DNA of 64,000 bases from NCBI RefSeq assembly GCF_036365525.1, contig NC_090375.1, positions 66,511,269 through 66,575,268 of the forward strand. The letters are read 5' to 3'. Shown in pieces: positions 55,765 through 64,000 of this stretch. Position 1 is the first letter of the stretch. Each line of letters starts with the position of its first letter. The position numbers were made by a program, and so were the translations under genes. The stretch comes from Heterodontus francisci (Eukaryota). The notes beneath the pieces are model-generated. The model was given only the letters and a program-made list of their open reading frames with translations, was not told where the DNA came from and searched no databases.

Positions 55765-56697
55765 CTAGAACACAAAGACATGTCAAGAACTGAAAACAAT
55801 TTGATCAAATCAGAGATATTTTTATTTAGCATGGGAAATGTAATCAGGTCCCCAAACATGTCAATAAATGATATATATTATGGGCAGGCCTGAAGGCATC
55901 TTCTGACTAATGGGGATAGTTGTAAAATCCTTGGCAGAGGCACAATTTCACTCATGCATTTACATTTTATTTTGCTATTGCTGTGAAATCAGCGGGAATA
56001 ACTTTAGCAACAAAAATGCATTCAAAAACATAAAATGGAGCCCCGTAAATTGAAAACATAATGAAAATAAATTGAATAACATACAGTAATAACAACTCTT
56101 GAAACAACTAATTTTATTCCCCTTCGTTGTAAAGACATTGTAATTGTCAATAAAAGTTGTAATAATTAAAATTACTATGTTGCAGATATCCAGCTTGTAA
56201 TAACAGGACTAGGCATTGCTCAGGTTGTGGAGTTTTCATGCTCAGGGGAAGGTGCCTCATTAGCACAGATCAGACAGAAGCACGTGCCACTTTGGGTACA
56301 TCTCTGGCAGTCACCTGACCAACGTAGCCAAAAACTCTGCCCTAGTTCTACCCTCGGGGGATGGGGTGATGGTCGGGGGATAGCGGTGGAGAAGTGTTTG
56401 CTCAGGCCCCTGCTCACCCCCAACTTCAGCAATTGCCCTATTTGCTGCCTAAGCATAGAGGTCAATCTGGATTCATTTTTTAAAAAATTATTAAAAGGTT
56501 ATTCAAGGCCACCTGCCTAGTTTGGACTTCATTGATGGGGCACACAAGCACCCTGTGGGCATCAGTATGCCTCACTGACTGGTTATAACAACCACCAGTG
56601 CAGTGGTGGATCCTGGAATTTTAAAAATTCATTCATAGTATGTGGGTACATGATGGGCCAAAGGGCCTGATTCTGTGCTGTATAACTATGACTCTAT

Positions 56698-57065
56698 GGG
56701 TGTCACTGGCAAGGCCAGCATTTATTGACAATCCCTACTTGTCTTTGAGAAGGTGGTGATGAACCACCTTCTTGAATACAACTGAGTGGTTTACTGGGCC
56801 ATTTCAGTGGGCAGTTAAGAGTCAACTACATTACTGTGGGAATGAAGTTGCATGTAGGCCAGACCAGGTAAGAACAGAAGATTCCCTTTCCTAATGGACA
56901 TTAATGAACCAGTTTAGTTTTTACAACAATCCAGTAGTTTCATGGTTACCATTGCTGATACTAGCTTTTTTAATTCCACATTTATTTAATTTTAATCTTC
57001 AGCTGTGGTGGGACTTGAACTCATGTCTCTGGATCACTATATCAGTATCATAACCACTAGACTAT
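56698..57065 (-). mobile_element. tRNA-derived SINE sharing its 3' tail with the second LINE family
   Basis: B-box-like GAGTTCAAGTCCCAC (about 57008-57022, minus strand); tail CAATAAATGCTGGCCTTGCCAGTGAC matches the LINE 3' ends. Confidence 0.65.
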
Positions 57066-57823
57066 GGTAGCCTCACCCTTGGCCCTGGTCCCAGAACATT
57101 ATTTGTCTTGAGATGTTCCATCTTTTACAAAAGACAGGAAATTTCCAGAACCAGTGGCGACACCCTCCACCTTTCCCCAGGAGGGGGTTCAACAGTCTCA
57201 AGTCCAGAATGGCAGAACCCTCACGATCCTTGTGTTTAACTGGTAGGTCCAAGGTTAACCCAAGGTTGGGCTTCTGGAGAGAGTCCAGGAGGTAATGGGA
57301 TGGGGGTTGTTTTTGCTGGTGGGGGTTGAGCAGTTTAATATCCTGCTTGTCCCAGCTCCAGAAGTAAAAAAGTTCTAATTAACCTTTCCCGTGGCAGCCT
57401 TCAAAGGTCCCATTATGTACTTGAAACATCTGACTACATCATGCATAATGCATATTGCAATCAAGTGCAACTGAATTTTGCAAAGAGAACCACATGCAGA
57501 CATTAAGCCCCCTATTTGTAGGTGCACACCCTTGACACCTAAGGAGGAACCTTAACTAAAATGGACCCCAGATGCCTGTTTTACATATGTAAAATGAGTG
57601 CAGCACGATCTGATTTTGAGGACAAAATAATTAGAATTCATAGTATCCTTTCTAAAGACCAAATGCAAGGAGTAAGCACAGTCAGCTATGGACCTTTCAA
57701 ATTATATGTGCTCGGTTTAAGCTAGTTCAGGGCTGTATGGTTGTGCATTGTATTAGAACTGGCAGGACTTTGAAGCTGTTCTGTTTGATTTCATTATTAA
57801 CACTACAGGTCTCATTTCCTTAC

Positions 57824-57996
57824 CTGAGAAATGGGATGGTTGACATAAATCCAGCCTGTGCTGGGACTAATCTGGAAGTACCTTGGCTGCTGTTGTGATA
57901 TAGAGTAAGTGATGACTGCATTAATTCCATGGTCATCATCATGCGCTGCTGCACGCAGGAAACTAGTGCCAACTGGTGTGTCTTCACGCAAAAAGT
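57824..57996 (-). CDS. Type III (neural-cadherin-like) cadherin, internal exon 1 of 13 in window
   Basis: TTAG acceptor, CAG|GTAAGG donor, 173 nt, phase 1 to 0; encodes FLREDTPVGTSFLRAAAHDDDHGINAVITYSI...TGWIYVNHPISQ (cadherin repeat). Confidence 0.9.
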
Positions 57997-58561
57997 CTAA
58001 GTGCAGAAGAAGAACTGTTTCATCTAACATATTTTTTGCTAACTTTTTAAAATTGTATTTAAATTTGATCACTCCTCTTCATCTCGCTTTTAATTACATC
58101 ATTAGGTTGTATTCATTTCAACACATATTCCTGGGGCAGGATTTATGCCCCAATATGGGGGCAGGAACAGAGGCGGGTAATTCTGCACCGCCGGCTGTCG
58201 TGCCGGTTTCCCAATGCCATTCTGATGGTCAGCGATTTTGCTCGGGGTCGGGGAGAAAGGAGCAGATGCAGTGCCCCAGGCATGAGAAGGGCAGAGAAGG
58301 GGAATGAGGGCCAGGAAGGCAACGAATGCCATACCCTCAGCATTGAGTGGACTACCAAAGAATAAGTTATTTGTATATGTCAGAGAATCAGTGCTGCAGA
58401 AGGCTGCATGTAGCTAAGCAGATGGTCACTGAGATTTGTGCCCTTGTTGAGGAAGACCTCAGACCTCACAACACTGCTTGCCATGCCATGCAAGTAGCCA
58501 TTAAATTTACTGTGGCCTTGAACTTGCTCTATTTCCGAAAGCTAGGCAGTACATACAATTT

Positions 58562-59175
58562 CATAGAAACAGAGAAACATAGAAAATAGGAGCAGGAGTA
58601 GGCCATTCGGCCCTTCGAGCCTGTTCCGCCATTCATTATGATCATGGCTGATCATCCAACTCACTAACTTGTTTCCACTTTCGCCCTATACCCTTTGATC
58701 CCTTTAGACCCAAGAGCTATATCTGACTCCTTCTTGAAAACATACAATGTCTTGGCCTCAACTGCTTTCTGTGTTAGCGAATTCCACAGATTCACCACTC
58801 TCTGGGTGAAGAAATTTCTCCTCATCTCAGTCCTGAATGGTTTACCCCGTATCCTTAGACTATGACCCCTGGTTCTGGACTCCCCCACCATCGGGAGCAT
58901 CCTTCCTGCATCTACCCTGACAAGTCCTGTTAGAATTTTATAGGTTTCTATGAGATCCCCCCTCTTCTGAACTCCAGCGAATATAATCCTAACCGACTCA
59001 ATCTCTCCTCATACGTCAGTCCTGCCATCCCAGGAATCAGTCTGGTAAACCTTCGCTGCACTCCCTCTGTAGCAAGAACATCCTTCCTCAGATAAGGAGA
59101 TCAAAACTGCACACAATATTCCAGGTGTGGCCTCACCAAGGCTCTGTATAATTGCAGCAAGACATCCCTACTTCT
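58562..59175 (-). mobile_element. CR1 LINE 3' fragment nested in Harbinger
   Basis: YRALVRPHLEYCVQF, WNSL; TTTCTATG-type tail. Confidence 0.9.
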
Positions 59176-59696
59176 TTCAAACAGATGGGAGCTCTCAGGC
59201 ACAAAGGCAGTGGATTTCACCTCCATCGTTGCATTCTCGCACATGCAGGGCATCATTGATTGCTGTGCCATCAAGGCGTTGAGTAAACGGCCAGTGAGAT
59301 TCATCAACAGGAAGGGCTTCCACTCCCTAAATGCCCAGCTGGTATTCCACCATAACAAGAACTTTATGCATGTGGACGCTCTCTATCCTGGCAGCTGCCA
59401 TGACACCTTCATCCTCCGGCAGTCTAGGGTGCCACAGCTCTTTGTGTCACCACCAAAACTCCATGGAAGGCTTTAAAGCACAAGGGATGGCACAACCCTT
59501 CAAGAGATGGCTACTCACTCCTTTGCATGACCCCGAGACAGGGGCACAGCAGTGCTCCAACCGAAGCCATTTGCTCACAAGAAGCACCATTGAACAGGCC
59601 ATCAAGCTTCAGATGATGCAGTTCCAGTGCCAGGACCTGTCGGGTGGTGCCCTACAGTACGTTCCTGCAAGGGTCTCACATTGTGATGGTCTGCTG

Positions 59697-61607
59697 GTGG
59701 TCAGAATATAAAGAACAGCAGAGAATGGCTAAAAGGTTAATCAGGAGAAAAAAAATAGAGTATGAGAGGAAACGAGCTAGAAATGTAAAAACAGATAGCA
59801 AGAGTTTCTACACGTATTTAAAAAGGAAAAGAGTAAGTAAAGTGAGTGTTGGTCTTCTAGAGAGTGAGAATGGGGAGTTAATAGTAGATAATAAGAAAAT
59901 GGTGGATGAAATGAACAAATATTTTGCTTCTGTCTTCACTATAGAGGATACAAAAAACATTCCAGTAGTAGCTGTAAATCAGGAGGTGGAACAAATTGGT
60001 GAAATTACAATCACCAGGGAAATAGTACTGAGCAAACTGATGGAGTTTCGGGCTGACAAGTCTTCGTGTCCTGATGGGCTTCATCCTAGCGTCTTAAAAG
60101 AGGTGGCTAATGAGGTAGTGGATGCTTTGGTGTTAATTTTTCAAAATTCACTGGATTCTGGAAAGGTTCCATCAGACTGGAAAGTAGCAAGTAGGGGTCG
60201 GGAGGAGGTAGAAAACAGGTAACTATAGGCCAGTTTGCTTGACGTCTGTCATGGGGAAGGTGTTGGAATCGATCATTAAGGAGGCTACAGCTGGGCACTT
60301 AGAAAAGCTTAAGGTAATTGGGAATAGTCAGCATGGTTTTGTGAAAGGGAAATCATGTTTAACCAATTTATTGGAGCTTTTTGAAGGAGTAACATGCACT
60401 CTGGATAAAGGGGAGCCCGTTGACAGGCTGAACTTGGATTTTCAGAAGGCATTTGACAAGGTACTACATAAAGTCGGAGCTCATGGTGTAGGAAGTAACA
60501 TATTAACATGGAAAGAAGATTGGCTGGTTGGCAGAAAACAGAGAGCATGCATAAATGGGTCCTTTTCTGATTGGCAGGATGTGACGAGTGGAGTCCCGCA
60601 GGGGTCTGTGCTGGGGCCTCAATATTTTACAACTTACATCAATGACTTAGACGAGGGGAGCGATGGCATGGTAGCTAAATTTGCAGATGATGCAAAGATA
60701 GGTAGGAATGTATGTTGTTAAGAGGACATAAGGAGGTTGCAGACCAATTTAAATAGATTGAGTGGGCAAAAATCTGGCAGATGGAGCATAATGTGGGAAA
60801 ATGTGAAGTTGTGCACTTTGGCAGGAAGAATAAAAAAGCAGAGTATTACTTAATCGGAGAACGACTGCAGAATTCCGAGGTGCAGAGGGATCAAGGTGTT
60901 CTAGTGCACGAATCACAAAAAGTTAGAATGCAGGTACAGCAAGTCATAGAGAAGGCGAATGGAATGCTATCCTTTATTATGAGAGGAATTGAAAATAAAA
61001 GTAAGGATGTTATGCTTCAGTTATACAGGGCATTGGTGAGATCACATCTCGAATACTGTGTGCAGTTTTTGTCTCCTTATTTAAGGAAGCATTGGACGCG
61101 ATTCAAAGGAGTTTTACTAGATTGGTACCTGGAATGTCTTATCTTGTCTTATGAGGAAAGGTTGTACAGGCTGGGCTTGTTTTCACTGGAGTTTAGAATA
61201 GTGAGGGATGATTTGATTGAAGTATATAAGATCCTGAATGGTCTTGACAAGGTGGATGCGGAAAGGATGTTTCCTCTTGTGGGGGAGTCCAGAATTGGTA
61301 GCGGGGGGTGGGCACTGTTTTAAAATTAGGGGTCACCCCTTTAGGGCAGAGATGAGGAGAATTTTTTCTCTCAGAAGGTTGTATGACTTTGGAACTCTTT
61401 GCCTCAGAAGGTGGTGGAGGCGGGGTCATTGAATATTTTTAAGGTGGAGGTAGATAAATTCTTGTTAGGCAAGGGAATCGAAGATTATCAGGGTAAATGG
61501 GAGTGTGGAATTCAAAACACAAACAGATCAGCCATAATCTTATTGAATGGCGGAGCAGACTCGAGTGGCCAGATGGCCTACTTCTGCTTCTAATTCGTAT
61601 GTTTGTA
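59697..61607 (+). mobile_element. CR1 LINE (RT half) nested in Harbinger
   Basis: QHGFVKGKSCLTNL, SGVPQGSVLGP, FADD; tail TTCGTATGTTTGTAT. Confidence 0.92.
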
Positions 61608-62168
61608 TGCTGTGCTCTCTATAGCATGGCCCTCCAGAGAGTGTGGATCGAAGAGGCTGAAGCACTAGATCGACACAGTTTATCGGAGGAGGAGGAAGAA
61701 GAGGAGGAGGAGGTAGATACAGAGCAGAATGGCTCCCGTGCTGTGCAACGAGTTGGCTGGGGCCAGCTCAGGAGTCAAGGCTCTCATCAGGATGGCATGA
61801 ACTCCAGGGCACGTCTGATCCAGGCACATTTCACTTGAACGCTACTCATCTAGCAGTACTGCATTCTCTGGAACTCACTTTGATCTGCCTGTAAGAACAC
61901 ATCCATTAACCACATAACTTTGATTAGTTCCATTCTTACTGACAATGTTTAATCTCCAGCGGTCTCAGTGTCCCCATTCAAATGCCACTGCTTCCCTTCA
62001 ATACTTCTTCCATCTTTTACAGTCTTGTCATTAAAGAATGGAAGCTCACATGTCTGGGATCATGGCTTAAAATCTCCAATGTTAATAATAAATAATAATG
62101 CACACAATTACAGTGAAATAACCCCCAGTGAACCGCTTATTGCAATGACCGACGTGGTGGCCTTTGCT

Positions 62169-64000
62169 TGTAATGGAATATAGGTATAATAGGCTTAACT
62201 AGGTAGCATTCAGATATAGTTAATATATTATACCTTTTAGAATTAAAGGTTAAATAAATGATCAGTCTTCAAGACTCACTGATATTCCCCTTTAAACAGG
62301 TAGAGTTAAAAATTTCAAGGTCTTTCAAGGTCCCTGTTATGAACCAGAAACAAGTTGGGCAATCCATTTGTGTCTCTGTTGTCAGGGATTTGGAAGATAA
62401 CACACACATTGAAATATCCTGTGTGACATTAATAAGAGGTAGCAATAAACTTAATTAGTTTATGGGGTTGTTGATGCAGACAGATTGGCTCAAAAGGTTG
62501 CTTTAAGGAACCATAAAAAAGCAATTATATATAATAAAACAATAAATGAATGGACTTACAGAAACAAGAGGTCAAGTAAACACAATTATAAACATTTGAC
62601 CAGATAAATGCTCAAAACTTCAAGAACAGGGGATTTCCAGTAAAACATTAAATGGAGAGTTAGTTAATGATACTACCAAATATGGATCTTGAAAGCAAGA
62701 AAAACACACACAGAAAAGTAACACCTATATGCTAAGAGGTCATATGACACTTTAGCAACAGTATAAACATGAGAGTTTTTGAAGCAAAGATTAGAAGTGT
62801 TGAATTCCTCAAATAATACTTCTCACCCTATGCCTTACTCAGGGAATTTAATGTGAAAGTTTACTTTAAATTTTGATGGATAGTCTAAGGTATTTTGCTG
62901 TAACATTAGCAAGTTTAAACTTTTGGATTCTATGATAGAAATAAGATTATGTGTTACATCTCTTAGTAATATTTGATATTGTGATATACTTATCCACTTA
63001 AAAGTGTATTGCATGTTAAATTCTTTAATAAACATATAAAAGTTAATAAATCATCTCATGGAACATTCTGTATGCTATAAGAACCCCCTCTCTGTGTCTC
63101 TTTAAGTGGAGAGATACATATTGAAGAGAGTTTCCCAGACCCTTGTAATATCTGGGATATTTATGACCTAGCCATAATTATTAAAAATAGGCTATCCAAA
63201 AGATGGTAATATTCTCTGTTGGTTTTCTTTCTTTGAGGGAAAATTAGTTCAATTCTTTGCATCCAAATAAGTGTCTATAAGAATTTGTCTGGTTTGAACT
63301 TAATTAAGGGAGATTCATAGGGACGTAGTCCTGATTTGGTTTAGTCCCTATAAGGGGTTAAAGTCATAAATCACTTCAGTTGGCACCCAAAAACGAGTCT
63401 TCTTGTTAACAGAATCCGGTACTTATATGTTAGTCTTTAATGATTATTTTAGATTTGTAAGTACGGAAGGAATGTTTACTGTCAGTGGTATTAAGATCCC
63501 GATTTAAGAATCTATAGACAGCAAAATCTTGATCATGGTTTGTGGATCTTAAATCAGAACTCCCTCATTCTACTTTTGAGGTTTGGAAATTTCCTTTAAA
63601 GTTCACTTTAAATCCTAGCTGAGATTAGGTCCTGACATATTTTAATTCCTAGTTCAGGTTCCGTTCCGATATAATGGCTAATGAAGAAGGGATTGGCTTA
63701 ATTTTTCCATTGGGTGATCCAACAACTTGTTTTAGTACATTACAGAATCCCATTCCGCTGCCTCAGGCAGATTGAGTGGTAGTCTCTGAGATAAATAATT
63801 TTGATGCCGATGGTTCAGTTAGAGCTTATGGTACTATTGTGGCTGACTCCCAGGAGGAAGGGATAGCACGTATTCAGTGGGATAAACAGACTGATACCCC
63901 AGACCCACAACATTCCTTAATGATAAAGTATAGGATCATAAAGAGAATCATTCTCATTGGTGGCTGCCTCAGCCCTTTGATGGTAATCTGGATCGCTGGA
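62169..64000 (+). mobile_element. Candidate endogenous retrovirus 5' end (LTR, tRNA-Lys-like PBS, gag-like frame), possibly foamy-like
   Basis: TG at 62169, CA at 63377-63378, then TGGCACCCAA at 63381; TATAAG 63076; ATTAAA 63180 followed by a GT/T-rich tract; ATAATGG start at 63674 opens a 109-codon frame to the window end with one TGA. Confidence 0.5.

Larger units (their letters stand above)
58133..62168 (+). mobile_element. PIF/Harbinger DNA transposon, transposase pseudogene split by two CR1 insertions
   Basis: Start GGGGCAGGATTT; HARBI1-like motifs IDC, FINRKGFHSLNAQ, YPGSCHD, WLLTP, TRSTIEQ, SGGALQY, CCAL, acidic tract and RARLIQAHF in pieces 58347-58560, 59180-59696 and 61608-61838. 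Confidence 0.85.

Noticed and set aside
2936-57996. Mutually exclusive duplicated exons as in Drosophila CadN
   Set aside because: No duplicate exon copies seen by eye; the 13 exons already join in phase. A tBLASTn of each exon against the introns would settle it.
59210-59711. Domesticated HARBI1 gene
   Set aside because: Frameshifts, stops and two LINE insertions indicate a dead transposon copy
62268-62455. Minus-strand Cys-rich frame with three N-glycosylation sequons (NVT, NST, NIS)
   Set aside because: Short, bounded by stops, no recognisable family; compatible with chance in AT-rich LTR-like DNA
63690-63860. Minus-strand ICL..GSG resembling a mononegavirus L methyltransferase motif
   Set aside because: Needs an assumed deletion and frameshifts; the plus-strand frame from 63674 explains the region with a single stop
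1-64000. Prokaryotic systems (CRISPR arrays, operons), rRNA or tRNA genes
   Set aside because: Spliced eukaryotic gene with vertebrate repeats; no regularly spaced repeat-spacer array or complete structural RNA gene seen

Overview
Eukaryotic genomic DNA, most likely from a cartilaginous fish (inferred from the repeat families). The window holds 13 internal coding exons (57996 down to 2936, minus strand) of one large non-chordate-type (type III, DN-cadherin/cHz-cadherin-like) classical cadherin. All have GT-AG borders and join in compatible phases into 3957 nt (1319 codons) encoding about 10 cadherin repeats, an NC/SEA-like domain with a G-S-P motif, Cys-rich/EGF repeats and the start of a laminin-G domain. 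The gene's start and end lie outside the window. Introns are packed with nested mobile elements: two Ty3/Gypsy LTR elements with tRNA-Leu primer sites, two CR1-clade LINE families (one young copy with an SGNH-esterase ORF1), L2 remnants, a split Harbinger transposase and its MITEs, Penelope fragments and a tRNA-derived SINE. Main observations: (1) a candidate endogenous retrovirus with foamy-like LTR/PBS layout at 62169-64000 that the ORF track misses; (2) a family of short, often palindromic Penelope-derived insertions carrying hammerhead ribozyme cores; (3) a retained autoproteolysis motif and a calcium-free hinge in the cadherin; (4) a captured 3'UTR-like segment inside a young CR1. Most short ORFs in the track are repeat debris or shadow frames. 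Repeat boundaries without a stated target-site duplication (TSD) are approximate.
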